Assembly: GCA_951406725.2 (NCBI GenBank)
Contig: OX597820.1
Coordinates: forward strand, 60,574,001 to 60,638,000
DNA: 64,000 nt
Origin: Octopus vulgaris
Lineage: Eukaryota
Direction: 5' to 3'
In this document: positions 25,208 to 42,302 of the stretch, one piece after another
Numbering within the stretch: position 1 is the stretch's first letter
Layout of the letters: each line of letters starts with the position of its first letter
The notes under the pieces: model-generated
What the model was told of the DNA's origin: nothing
The model's database searches: none
What the model saw: the letters and a program-made list of their open reading frames with translations, nothing else
Position numbers and translations under genes: made by a program

Positions 25208-25469
25208 ATATGGTTCTTAACTTGAGTGGGTAGCATCTCTTTGAAGCCATTTGCGAGTTCACAGCAGGCAAAGCAACAGTCAAGGAAGCTGTAGAGAAGG
25301 TACTGAGCGTTTAGAGCAGTGGTTCTCAACTATTTTTATTTATCCCTTTGATTTCTATTTTACGCTGATGGATTCTCATAGCTAGTTGAATACTGAGGTC
25401 GATGTAGTCGCCTAATCCACTCTATCCAAAATTACTGGGTTTGTCCAAAATTTGAAATCATCATCATCA

Positions 25470-25530
<61 letters not shown>

Positions 25531-25544
25531 CATTCTCATTACTG

Positions 25545-25760
25545 AAGGCGGCGAGCTGGTAGAATCGTTAGCACGCTGGCCGAAATGCGAAGCAGTATTT
25601 TGCCCGTCGCTTAGTTCTAAGTTCAAATTCTGCCGAGGTCGACTTTGCCTTTCATCCTTTCAGAGTCGATAAAATAAGTACCAGATGAACACTGGGGTCG
25701 ATGTAATCAGTTCATCCCCACTACCCACAAGCTGTCGTTGTGGCAAAAATTTGAAATGAT
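25545..25760 (+). mobile_element. SINE family B, monomer between (TTA)n arrays
   Basis: AAGGCGGCGAGCTGG head and Meta-like block. Confidence 0.85.
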
Positions 25761-25794
25761 AATAATAACAATTTAGTTCTATATTTCAGTTCTA

Positions 25795-25834
<40 letters not shown>

Positions 25835-25979
25835 TGATGAAAACTCTCTGCTAATTTTGCTGGGTATGATGGAAAGTATCAGCTGTCCACAGCCAGCAGA
25901 CTAAGGGGACACTTGTTTACTAATCAGGCTTCAAGGACCCTGCGAAGAATTCTTACAGTTCCAAGCAATGCTGATTTTT

Positions 25980-25980
<1 letters not shown>
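25835..25980 (-). mobile_element. Extreme 3' fragment of an R4/Dong-like RLE retrotransposon
   Basis: Minus strand QKSALLGTVRILRRVLEA* followed by a short 3' UTR; (TAA)n on both sides. Confidence 0.75.
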
Positions 25981-26040
<60 letters not shown>

Positions 26041-26041
<1 letters not shown>

Positions 26042-26620
26042 GAGTGAGACAGCAGTTCATGCCATCAAAGTGACACTGGGGTAAAATATACGAAGCCCAA
26101 TATACCCATCATGACCACACGTCTGATAAGGGTACACCAAGCACATGCATCACAACCATATGTGCGCGACATGGTGATCTCATATCAAGATAAACAGCAC
26201 ATGACCTTGCAGGTGGGGCCCAGTTAGAATTTTCTTCAGGTTGAGTAGCCCATCCCGCTCAAACGGTCCCTGAATAAGGGATGTTTAAGGATGTTGAAAG
26301 AATCAGCCATGTTTCCAGAGGTGAATTATTCAAACCCCAAAGAATCCCTCTCAACACATGGCTATGATGCTCCCCCACTACTTCTGCTCGTGATCAGAGA
26401 TGCACATATCGTCAGCCACTAAGGGACATGCTCAACTGGTTAAGGTCAAACAACTGACCAAGCAAATCTGTGGTATTGAGCAGAATATTTGCTGTAGCCC
26501 ATCTTTTATACCAAGACAAAACAATGTACATGATAACACTTCCAATCAGTTAAGATCAGAAGCCATGAGAGCCACTGCCTGGTACTGCATCAGGGCATTT
26601 TACTGCATCAGGGCATTTTA
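26041..26620. mobile_element. ~580-bp non-coding insertion within a (TAA)n array
   Basis: Unique sequence bounded precisely by (TTA)n on both sides; tandem 18-nt duplication ACTGCATCAGGGCATTTT at the right end; no tRNA boxes or domain-like ORF seen. Confidence 0.6.
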
Positions 26621-26621
26621 C

Positions 26622-26667
<46 letters not shown>

Positions 26668-26724
26668 GTTATTGTTATTATTATTATTGTTATTATTATT
26701 GTTGTTGTTGTTGTTGTTGTTCTC

Positions 26725-27390
26725 GAACAAACTCTGGGTGCCAACCAAAACGAATTAGTAGTCTGTTCGGGAGGACTTTCCGGTCGGTAATTACCATGGA
26801 TAATTTCCAGATGTCCTTCGCCTGGCAGTGCTAATGGGAGGCGCTACCGGTCCGAGATAAACTCTACAGGCACGGATGTGCTGTCAGACGGGCTTGTCCG
26901 AGTTGTGCGCAGAGTGACGAACCCGTTCTGCATTCACTCGTCTAATGTCTGTCACGTGTAGGACGGATCTGTCTGTCGGCCGTGTCTGTAGTGATGATTG
27001 CCCGGCTGTCCTCCTTCAATCGGGTAGGCAAAGCAGTTTTCGTTTGCCTTGTGAAAGAGGTTGTTTGGTGGACAAGGCTGAAAGGCATGCGAACATATAT
27101 TCCTCTTTGGTAGAGCTTCCATTGACTTCTTCAAGTTTCAATTGAAAAGGAAATTGAGATTGGAGAGAGAAGTGCTGTGCTCCATTAAGTTTATTGAAAG
27201 GTGGGTGAAAGTTGCGAAAATGGCAAGAGTAGATGGCACCTCTCTAAGTGTACACCTCTGAATCGGAGAGGACACTTGCTCTTGATATTCAGGGAAATCT
27301 CGGGCAGTGGGGTTCCTCGATTATCCCTTGAAGCCTTCCTGTATCGAGAGGACTACATCTCTATCATCCTCCTTACTTTTTTTCTTTAAA
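26725..27390 (+). mobile_element. L1/Tx1-like LINE 3' fragment (zf-RVT region)
   Basis: MDNFQMSFAWQC*WEALPVRDKLYRHGCAVRRACPSCAQSDEPVLHSLV*C, later KEVVWWTR; resembles the C-terminal CCHC region of L1/Tx1 ORF2. Confidence 0.7.
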
Positions 27391-27404
27391 CCTTTGTATA
27401 GACG

Positions 27405-27900
<496 letters not shown>

Positions 27901-28030
27901 TATACTATGCATATTTCCCTTCATTTTCATTGTACACCATGTATACTCACTTTTTTGTTACTCATTTTATCATTTCATTATATGTAAACCCCCATACTTT
28001 ATGTCTGTCTCTACATTGTCCTTCTCATCC

Positions 28031-31790
<3,760 letters not shown>

Positions 31791-31809
31791 TATTATTATT
31801 GTTATTATT

Positions 31810-32134
31810 TCATTTGTTACTGATGGTGTAATACATGTGCCAGCTGTCCATAACCAGTGGACTGAGATGGCATCTTCAACACTTTTCTTAGTAGTTTAGC
31901 AGTTCCACGAAATCTCGTTTTCTGTAAGCGCTTCACCCTGCTGTTCTTTTTAATTTTTTAAAAACAGTTTGTTTGTCCCACCTTATGGTTACTATAGCCA
32001 GTGCAGGTTTAGGGCTGCTCTGTCGTATCCCCGCTTGTACTCTTTCTGTGCAAGACTTTCACAAACACTAACAATGTGAGTTATGCTTTCGACCCTTTTC
32101 CTACACATTCTGCAGAAGTTTGTTGCACTTGTGT

Positions 32135-32198
<64 letters not shown>

Positions 32199-34387
32199 GT
32201 TTCCCTGAGTTGGTATTGAATACCTGGTTCTGGTCAGCAATGATAAGACTTTCAGTTTATTTCTTAAGGTCACCTTTGCTGAACCATCTCCCTGATGCTT
32301 CCTGGTCTTTTAAGTTGTTAGCTTCACGGTGGAACTGACTATGTAATTCCATGCAAGGTAGTGTTTTTTCTCTCGTTGGCTATTCGTGATCGGAATTCAT
32401 TAGCACTCTCAACTCCACTGTTGGTAAATCCTTCTGCATTAGCAGTATACAGTTGTAGGTCTTGTTCGCTGTTTACCAAATACTCTGTGATGTTTCTTCT
32501 TTCACTGTCGATGCACTCGCGTGTACTAATCAGACCACGTTCACCTTTACAGCTCTTCGTGTACAGCCTGTGCGCATTTGCCTTAGGGTGGAGGCATCAT
32601 GCATTGTCATCGTCTTTCGGGTAGTGCGATCGAACGGGCCAATCTCTACTCGTGTTCATTTTAGAATGGGCATTTTATAGCGGACTACAGCAACAGACCA
32701 TATGTTGATAATAGTCACAACATACCTTGCGTTGAGTTTCGACTCCAAAAGAAGTTTGAGGCGCTTAAATATGCAGTGGTGACCATGTCTTTCATTTCTC
32801 TAAGCAAGATATTGTCCAGCTTCAGGATCCCAAGTTACTTGTGCCCATCATCATCCAGGCCTCCCATTCGCTCTCTATTTGACAGTTCTATGCCTCTACA
32901 ATCCGCTCTTTTCCCCTGTTTCAAAGTCAGCAACTCACACTCTGAGATCCTGAATTCCATTCCTATATCCTTGCTACTCATCTGTACAATCTCAATCAGC
33001 CTCTCCATTTCGGCCTCTGTTTTTGCGAACAATTTTTATCATCAATGAAGAGAATGCGGTGAAGACGAGGTTCATTCTTCCTCAGCTAGTGGTGCGCGCT
33101 GACTTTGCGTAGAACTACGGAGAGTGGGATGACGGCTACACCAAATAGCATAGGTAAACAAGAATCTCCCTGGAAGATACCTCTTTTGATTGTTACCTCG
33201 GCTAAGCGATGGTTATTACAGAAAAGACGTGTTTTCCAACTAGACAAATTGTTTTTGATTATTACACACACGTTGTCAGTAATTCCACACATGTCGAGTG
33301 TTTCTAGAATCCACAAACGTCGTAAGCCTTTTTTGTAATCCATGTACATGTCTTTTGGGTTCCGCTTGCTGTTCTTCATTACGACCTTGTCTGTCACAAG
33401 GTGGTTCTTGGTGCCCTTGAGTCCTTTTTGGCATCTCCTTTTATTCTACTGGAGGTAGAGTGTTTTCCGCAAGGAACGTATATATTTTCCCTGCCAGGAT
33501 GCTTATTAACACTTTCTATAAGAGGTTAAGACAAGCAATATGTCGGTAGTTACCAATTTCATTGTTCTTTGACCGGTCTTTCTACGATCCATTCCGGAAC
33601 TGCACCATTCTGTAGACAATTGTCTAATTGCCATCCAATTCGTTTGTGTGTTGACCTGAATCACTTGAGCCAGTAGCTTTGGATTCCATTTGTCTCTGCC
33701 GCTCTCCAGTTTGGCAGTTTTGATACCTTTGTTATTACATCTTCCGTTGTTATGCGTACATGATCCTGTCTTGGATCCTGTTGATGGAGGCTGGATCTCA
33801 TGGAATGAATCCACTCAGAACCGTGGTTGCGGGAAACCTCTTGTTCCCAGATTTTATTCCGAAATTGGCAGTTTTCTCTGCTTCAGGAGGTATATTATTT
33901 TCTGTTTCCACCTAAACTATTAGAAAATTGCCTCTAGTTATTTGTGAATAGTCTGTTTTGCTGGAACTGTGATATGCGATCAATGTAGCATTGTACCTTC
34001 AATATTTTTGTTCGAGCACGTTGTGTTAGGGTTTCGATACCAGTTTTGGATCTTTCCTTTTTTATATGATATTTTGTTTTAAGATATACCTTCACATCTT
34101 CCTTAGTATGTTTCCATTCCCTTTGGACCATTCTTCTATGCGATTCGGATCTTTACGCAAGGTTTTAATATTACCTTCGATTATCCGTGTCCACCCGCTT
34201 TCCTCTTTTTTTCCAACCAGTGCACCTACTAAAATTAGCAGATCTAATCAAGTCCTTTATTGGAATGGACTTCTGGAACCCATCAACCTTTTGGGTCACG
34301 CGTTTCATTCTGTCACGGTCAGAGCATCTCAAATTCCCTGGTTCGACGATCTCTTCTCTTGTAATAATCATTTCCTCGCGTCTTAAT

Positions 34388-34388
<1 letters not shown>
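31810..34388 (-). mobile_element. Second, more decayed R4/Dong-like RLE retrotransposon
   Basis: TDKVVMKNSK...MDYKK; IKRGIFQGDSCLPMLF; LFIDD; DIGMEF; CRMCRKRVESITHIVSVCESLAQKEYKR. Bounded by (ATT)n/(ATC)n, with (TA)n at 32137-32195. Confidence 0.85.
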
Positions 34389-34475
<87 letters not shown>

Positions 34476-34656
34476 GTATTAGTATTATTATTACTTCTTC
34501 CGATTCTTCAAATTATGATTTCAAATACTGCCAAAGTCATCTTTGTTGTTCATCCTTTCGGGGTCGATAAAATAAATACCAGTCAAGCACCGGTGTCAAT
34601 GAAATCGACTTGCCCCTCCTCTCAAAAACTGCTGGCCCTGTGCCAAAATTTGAAAC

Positions 34657-34705
<49 letters not shown>

Positions 34706-34762
34706 GCTGTTGTTGTTGGTGGTGGTGGTAGTGTTGGCGTTGCTGTTGTTTTTGCTGTTGTT

Positions 34763-34847
<85 letters not shown>
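34387..34847. repeat. Compound trinucleotide array (ATC, ATT, GTT, GGT, AGT) with an embedded decayed SINE B
   Basis: Visible arrays; CATCCTTTCGGGGTCGATAAAA at ~34551. Confidence 0.9.
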
Positions 34848-35408
34848 CCCGAAGTGAAACGTAACAACGTACTGTTTGCACAAACTTTGTCTTTACTTAT
34901 ACTATACAAGATGAACACCAGTAAATGACACAAGCCTAATTAGTTTCGGTTTGTAGGAGGCCAGCGAAAATATTCATTTATTTTTCGCTCTGTCTTTGTT
35001 AATCGTGGCTATCCTGAGGGTGTCGTGTGGCCAGTATCTTCTGTTGAGCAGGCCTCAATAGATTGAATTTAGGAGCTGTTAAATGACAACGCGCTGCAAG
35101 GCGATAAGAATTAACTGTATTTGGAGAGAAACATAGGATAGCCTCTCTAACAACCATCCTCACTCTTTTTTTTTCTTTCTTTTTTTTTGCAACCTCCAGC
35201 CACTACATTTTATTCGAAATATGGATCTATTCGTTTCTATTGTCTTCTGTAACACTCCATTGTAAAGTTTCTATAAAGATATATGTTATTTGTTTTCTCT
35301 TCGGAAAAATGTTTTCAGATCCTTTTGTTATATTTCTTTGCAAGTGTCCCTTTCTCCTATAGGTACATCGAATACATAGCATTGTTTATCACGTTTTCTT
35401 TGTTTCTT

Positions 35409-35455
<47 letters not shown>

Positions 35456-35989
35456 TTCACATACACACACAACTTTTCCTCCCTCCTTTCTCTCTTTCAC
35501 TCTTTACTTTTCATTTTAGGTTTCAGTCTATCACTTGCGTAGACTTTCATATCCTTCTCATTCATTTACTCATACTTTCTTATGTAGGATGTTCGCACTT
35601 TCATTCACTTTAGTGTAGAAGTCTTTTAGCTTCTGATATAACGATTAGGAATTATCTTAGAGATTCTTACTTTACACGTTACATTTCTTTAACTCTTTCC
35701 CTGAATTTAAATCATATGGAAAATTGTCCAATTGTCCTGTTTTGATCAGTGATTCTTACTCTGTATTGGAGGCTTTGTGGGTCCACAAGGGTTGCTGGCT
35801 GTTTAGAAGGGCCATGAATGAGTTTTCTTAAATAAATATTTAAGCTTCGTGTATTATTTATACTTAATATACATTTTCAAACAAATCTCTGCAGAGATTA
35901 GTGTACGAGTCAGGCATTGTGTTATCAGTGAGCAGAAAACATAACTGATGATGCGCCAAGATCCAATATAACTTTATTGTAAAGTCCTT

Positions 35990-36224
35990 GCTTTACTCTT
36001 TTACTTGTTTCAGTCATTTGACTGTGGCCATGCTGGAGCACTGCCTTTAGTCGAGCAAATCGACCCCAGGACTTATTCTTTGTAAGCCTAGTACTTATTC
36101 TATCGGTCTCTTTTGCCGAACCGCTAAGTTACGGGGACGTAAACACACCTGCATCGGTTGTCAAGCGATGTTGAGGGGACAAACACAGACACACAAATAT
36201 ACACATACACACCACACGCACACG

Positions 36225-36256
<32 letters not shown>

Positions 36257-36414
36257 CGACGGGCTTCTTTCAGTTTCCGTCTACCAAATCTACTCACAAG
36301 GCTTTAGTCGGCCCGAGGCTATAGTAGAAGACACTTGCCCAAGGTGCCACACACAGTGGGACTGAACCTGGAACCATGTAGTTTGTAAGCAAGTTACTTA
36401 CTACTCAGCCACTT
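35990..36414 (-). mobile_element. SINE family A, full length
   Basis: Near-consensus copy. Confidence 0.92.
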
Positions 36415-36949
36415 CTTTTTTAAAGAATTTTAAAAAATGTAGCCTTGGACATACATTTCTACACAAATATCTAAAAACACTTACTAGATGGGATAGTGTA
36501 AGGAAATAATGATAATAAACAATTGATCAAGATTGACTTTTGTTTGATTAAAATAATCTGTTATTTTCTTGTGAAGACATGCAAAAGAGATGTTTGTAAA
36601 ACGTCATTAAATGAAAAGAGGCTGTTACAGCTGAGAAACAATTGTTTTGACGATTATTAATCAAACTTGCTATTTTACTCTCCTAAGGGTGTTAGAGTGA
36701 AGAAAAGGATCATAATCGCTGGTCGATATCGAATGCAGGATAATTATTTTTTTTATTTGATTCAAGTTACAAAATTTCTTCGATTTAAATGATTTATAGT
36801 AAGAATCTCTGACAGCCCATACGCTCTACTTCCGACCCATAAAGGCAGCCAATGGCTGACTGAAACTAGACCCGTAAACATGTTCCTCCACGTAATACAC
36901 AACTCAAACTCACAAAACCAACCCCTCCAAGTGATTCATTCAAAGCTAA

Positions 36950-37900
36950 GCTATAGCAAAGACCATGGTCTACAACGCTTGGAGGCTATGACACCATATA
37001 AACTGGGTTCTATTCAACTCTACAACACATGCAAGGCAATCATTTGAATCACGAAAGATGACTTCCTACAATTCATCATTTGCAATCTGTCCCTCCTCCC
37101 AAACTAAGAGAAATATTTTTTTGGGTCCAAATTTAAAAGAATGTCTACTAACTTTACGGAATCCTATTTTTATCTTGTTCTTAACTATGATGGTTCCGTA
37201 AGCAATATGGGTGTATATCTTCTTTCTATAAGGAATATCCTATTACTTACACTTTCAATATTACAAAATCAATGGAAATTGTTACTAATATTCTTCATCA
37301 TCCCTTCAAATCTATTTTCCTTCTCAATGTTTCTATAGTACAATTTCCGCAGAGCCAGACATACAGTAGACTTACTTCTGTATCACTACCTTCTGATAGT
37401 TTTGACAAAAGTAAATTTGTTGGCTTTGAAATAAATCAAGTCCCGAGTTTCGACTGTATGTCACATATTGTTATATTAAATCCCTCTTCGTGCTACTTCA
37501 AACAACTCACACCATATACATAGAAGTACCATTTTTAATGCTTCTTTAATCTTTCCGTCCATATTATGCACCAGTCACTTCTCTTGCCAGACTTGAAATT
37601 CATGGAACATTAGCCTTTTTCTTTTTCCAGAACGAAAACACAACCAACAAAGCGTTTCAAACAGCCTCATCTGTATACAGCAACAAACGCACCTAAAATT
37701 ATCAAAGCCACTGCAAATCCTAAAGTCTTAAGTTTCTGAAACTATATATTGGAATTTGATTTCTTTCTATAAAACTAGAGAATAGATAAAATCTAATTGG
37801 TTGTTAATTCTCTAAGAGCCAGTAAGTGTATCTAGCTTAAAGTATAACTCATATATCTGAAAGGATGCATTGGTGCAGCAAACAAACTGAAGCAGCCTTC
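36950..37900 (-). mobile_element. Possible very decayed Penelope-like RT/GIY-YIG remnant
   Basis: Minus-strand fragments CLKRFVGCVFVL (cf. RYVDDVF), NMDGKIK, EGFNITI, KIKIGFRKV and NDCLAC occur in the order expected for Penelope-like elements. Weak. Confidence 0.3.
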
Positions 37901-38639
37901 ATGTTCTTGTTCTATCTTCTAGAAATAACAGCCAAATATCGTTCAAAACACTCCTTGCATTCTTTAGAAAAAACAATAATATAGAGCCACATTGGAAGAA
38001 CTTTGACCATGAGACTGCAAGGTAAGGGTAAACCTGGGGTTCACAACAGCAACAAACTGGACTGCATCTCTCACATTCTCCCACTCTTTGCTTAGTCTGC
38101 AACAAGCACCAACTCAAAACTAAAATGCTGGAATTTACTTTCTAACCTTGGTTTCCAACAAGGAACTACAAAGATCTTGGATGAGACCTTGACATCTTCG
38201 TTGAAGAAATAATATTAGAAAAATACATAGCGGTGATTGTCTCCTGCTAGCGGTGTAATCAAGAATGCTCAAATGCACCACAAAACCATATGAGAGAGAA
38301 ATTCTCTCATTGTTAATATCTCAGTATTGTATGTTCTTACACAATATCCATTTTATGTGTTAATAAATTTTACTTTTTGATATCAATACTACTTCTGTCG
38401 CTTTAATTAATAGAAAAGTAGTTGGAATAATGTGGTCTACGATTCACAATTCCCTCATAACAGAAACCGGGCTTAAACACAGGAGCTTCAGTAGCTAGAA
38501 TTGGGTTTCGAATCGACTAGTTTTCTTCCATTGTAGACTAGTCAGTGATTGCTTACATCGCTGTTTACTCAAGTTTAGATTCATGACAGATCTTATAAAT
38601 ACATAAGCAAAAGTATGTCATGCACGACGAACTTTACAT

Positions 38640-39037
38640 AATCTTTTCTACTCTAGGCACAAGGCCCGAATTTTTGGGGAGGGGCTAGCCGATTAGATCG
38701 ACTCCAGTACATAACTGGTACTTATTTAATCGGCCCCGAAAGGATGAAAGGCAAAGTCAACCTCGGCGGAATTTGAACTCAGAACGTAAAGACAGACGAA
38801 ATACCTATTTCTTTACTACCCACAAGGGGCTAAACACAGAGGAGACAAACAAGGACAGACAAACGGATTAAGTCGATTATATCGACTTCAGTGCATAACT
38901 GGTACTTAACTTATCGACCCCGAAAGGATGAAAGGCAAAGTCAACCTCGGCGGAATTTGAACTCAGAACGTAACAGCAGACGAAATACCGCTAAGCATTT
39001 TGCCCGGCGTGCTAACGATTCTGCTAGTTCGCCGCCA
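38640..39037 (-). mobile_element. SINE family B, dimer
   Basis: Two units plus head and tail. Confidence 0.9.
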
Positions 39038-39095
39038 TTGAAATTTACATTGTAGCGTACACTCGAGTGAAATTTATTTCTCCTTTTATTATATA

Positions 39096-39458
39096 CTAGC
39101 ACTATGACCCAGTGTTGCCGGGTCATAGTGCTAGTGCATGCATATACAGCTGCGTGCGTGCGCACATACACGCGAGTACTGTCCAAATCTCCGGCCAATC
39201 ACATACAGCTAGCTGGCATTCAATTGGCGTATCAAGTTTCGGGCATTTTGATTGGGTTTTGGATAGAAAATTCACAAAAAGTCACTTCTATTGATTTTTA
39301 ATGGCTTTGCGGGGTGACTGGGGAAATGTAAAGATGTGCACGACCACCCTTGGACGGTTTTGAATGACCATAGAAAGTGCGAGCCCTCTAACTAAAAATT
39401 GTGGATTTGTATAAAGGACACACACACAGACATTTTGCCGTTTATATATATATAGAGA
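39096..39458 (-). mobile_element. Non-autonomous Helitron-type element nested in the solo LTR
   Basis: Minus strand A|TCTCTATATATATAAA...GTCTGTGTGTG start; 3' end CCCGGCAACACTGGGTCATAGTGCTAG|T; inserted between A and T with no TSD. Confidence 0.75.
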
Positions 39459-40147
39459 TACGTGCATTCGAACGTAGCAGGTAACAGCTAGCCATTGGCT
39501 GCTATTTAGACCTCGTTGTGTCCACTATTCTGATTGGTTGGTATTGACGCAATTTGCTGCGTATAACCAATCACGTGAGGACAACCTGTTCTCAACCCAG
39601 TTTTGAACCTATAGCTCCTTATAAAATATCACTTTCTCCTTGTTTCGAGGTCTTTCGGTTCTAGACCTTTCTAGGTCTAGCCACTGACCACACAAAACAC
39701 AGCCAGTTCCAGCGACGACACCACAGCATCCACGTTGAGACCTACCAATTTCGTCTAACAGCATTACGGCAATCTCTTTCTTCGTCGCCACCATCATCTT
39801 CTCAACTTCGTCAACATCATCTCTAAGTACACAGCTCAACCAGGAACTCGCCCAGCTTCCGACACTTCTCTGTTCGTGAATTACTCCACCATGGATCAAC
39901 AGCGAAGATACAACCTACAAGAACTCCTGTACCAAGTGACCCGGGCAGCAACATCACAGCTACGACTTCACGTATGATATGTACCTGTAACCAGCTCAGC
40001 ATCATGGCCGCAACTTCTAGATGCAGTATTTCAACTACCGTGTACAAATGACAACAAACTAGCATTCTCATTCATGTGTCTATGAATTTCTCACTTTGAT
40101 GGCTATAGACTCTTTTACTATCGTCTTCTTCTTCATTGCCATTCTTA

Positions 40148-40667
40148 CTGTAAATCCTCGAGTATAGTCTGCCCTTGAATATAATACGCACGGGATTTTT
40201 AAGGGGCTGTACCTCTGAAAAATCTAAACGTTGTGTATAATACGCACCCCTTCTCTAACTTGAGTCAAGGAGGTCTATATAACGTCCTAGGTTTGTAAAA
40301 ATGTATACGGTAACGTCCATTATTATTATTGTATATATAACATAATGCAAACGTGTAGCTTTTTTGTGCATTTTGTTTGCAGAAAAAAAGAAATTACAGT
40401 AATAACAGTAATAACGTTTAATAAATGTTGCTTACTGCAAGTTATGGATGATTCTTTTATGACTTCATTGCTTTCAGGCTTAGCTTAAGGTATTTTCGTG
40501 CCTGACAACACAAAATGCGTCTGAATAAACATTGCCGGACAGCAAATAGAGACTCGGACATTGCTTAGAAAATATTTTTCATTTTTAACCTCGTATATAG
40601 TACACACTAGGGATTTTGACCATTAAATTTTGGGAAAAAACTGCGGATTATACTCGAGGATTTACGG
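40148..40667. mobile_element. MITE of the Tc1/mariner-pogo (Tc2-like) group nested in the solo LTR
   Basis: TIRs CTGTAAATCCTCGAGTATA / TATACTCGAGGATTTACGG with TA on both flanks. Confidence 0.85.
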
Positions 40668-41089
40668 TATATGTTCTTCACACGCGCATACATCTATGCT
40701 TACACACACACACACACACAGATACATTTAGTTCTCATGACGGCCTGTCTTATTCTGTATACATGACGCACACGACACACATGTTATTACATCAATAAAT
40801 CTTCTCTTAACCATTCTACTCGGTTGTGTCTCTTTTTTCTCTCTGGCACTTATATGCACCGTATTATTTTATACTTCTTGTATCGACCGTGTGAGTGTAC
40901 GCTACAACATAATGATACAAGTTTGCAGGGAATTAATAACTAAAGGCACGGACACTGTGTGGTTATGAATGAGCATATTCTTAGTTTCACGAGGTTAAAC
41001 ATTAGAAGCTGTTTATATTTCCATTTATAAACATTGGCTGACAAATGACTTCCGTACTCATAATTGTTTTTTAAAATATTATTTTCGTA

Positions 41090-41688
41090 CTTTCTTTTAC
41101 TTTTCTTTTACTTACTTCAGTCATTAGATTGCGGCTATATTAGGGCACTGCCTTGAAGAATCGACCACAGAACTTTTTTTTCCCAGGATTTTTTTTAAAA
41201 GCCTAATACTTATTCCATCTGTCTCTTGTGCCGAACTGCTAAGTAAGGAGGACCATCTTACTAACAATAACTCTGAGCACCTTTTCAAACTCCACCTGTC
41301 TAACACCCGTGGACATGTTTACAAAGTCAGAAAACAGCAGAGCTCCCATGACTTTCGGAAACATTTTTTCACGCTAAGAGTTGCTGAAGCATGGAACAAA
41401 CTGCCGGCATCAATTGTTAGTTGTCGGAGCATTGCATCCTTCAAAACTTCCATGCTTCCTGAGATTCGCCAACACTACACCTAATTTTCTCCCCTCCATA
41501 CACACACGAGCATGTATCTGACTCATACACTGTACACTTTCCAGACATTTGTACATTACTGCATTATGCTTTATACGCACTTTGACAAGTTGTGGTGCAC
41601 CTGAGCACTGTATACAATAACTTCATTATTATTATTATTTTATACACCAAAACTGGTTGTCAAGCAGTAGTGGTGGGCAAACACACAC

Positions 41689-41748
<60 letters not shown>

Positions 41749-41800
41749 TTGACAGTTGTCTTTCAGTTTCCGCCTACTAAATCCAATCACAAGGCCTTGA
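41090..41800 (-). mobile_element. Diverged SINE A split by a CR1 insertion
   Basis: Tail half 41090-41250; continues ACACC...GGTTGTCAAGC from 41643. Confidence 0.7.
41252..41640 (+). mobile_element. CR1-clade LINE 3' end (5'-truncated)
   Basis: NTRGHVYKVRKQQSSHDFRKHFFTLRVAEAWNKLPASIVSCRSIASFK...*, then 3' UTR and (ATT)n tail. Confidence 0.85.
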
Positions 41801-41802
41801 TC

Positions 41803-42019
41803 TGCGGCTATCCTGGGGCACCGCCTTGAAGGGTTTGCACGAATAAATCGACAGCAATATATACTTGTTTATGTCTGGTACATATTCTATCGGCTTTTTT
41901 TCGAACCGCTAAGTTATGGAGATGTGAACAAACCCGCGCTGGTTGTCAAGCGGTGTTGGGTGGTGTCAAAAAAAAACGTACAAACATAGACACATATACA
42001 CACACATACATACATGCAT

Positions 42020-42051
<32 letters not shown>

Positions 42052-42302
42052 CCATACATATATATGCATACACACACGCTTATATACATACACATACTCA
42101 CACAGACACAGACACACACACACACACACACACACATTACGGGATTCCATACTGTTTCCGTCAACCAAATTCACTCTCAAGGCATTCGTCAGCTTGGAGC
42201 TAGAGTTGAAGACACTTGCTCGAGATGTCGCACAAGTAGGACTGAACCCGAAACCAGGTGGCTGCGACGCGAGGTTCTTAACCATGCAGCCATGCCTGCA
42301 CC
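41803..42302 (-). mobile_element. SINE family A, diverged
   Basis: Colinear similarity with internal (CA)n. Confidence 0.75.

Larger units (their letters stand above)
39051..40906 (+). mobile_element. Solo LTR (TG...CA) with 4-bp TSD, carrying two nested insertions
   Basis: Perfect 14-bp terminal inverted repeat TGTAGCGTACACTC/GAGTGTACGCTACA; ACAT on both flanks; internal CCAAT boxes, TATAAAA (~39620) and AATAAA (~40794). Confidence 0.8.
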
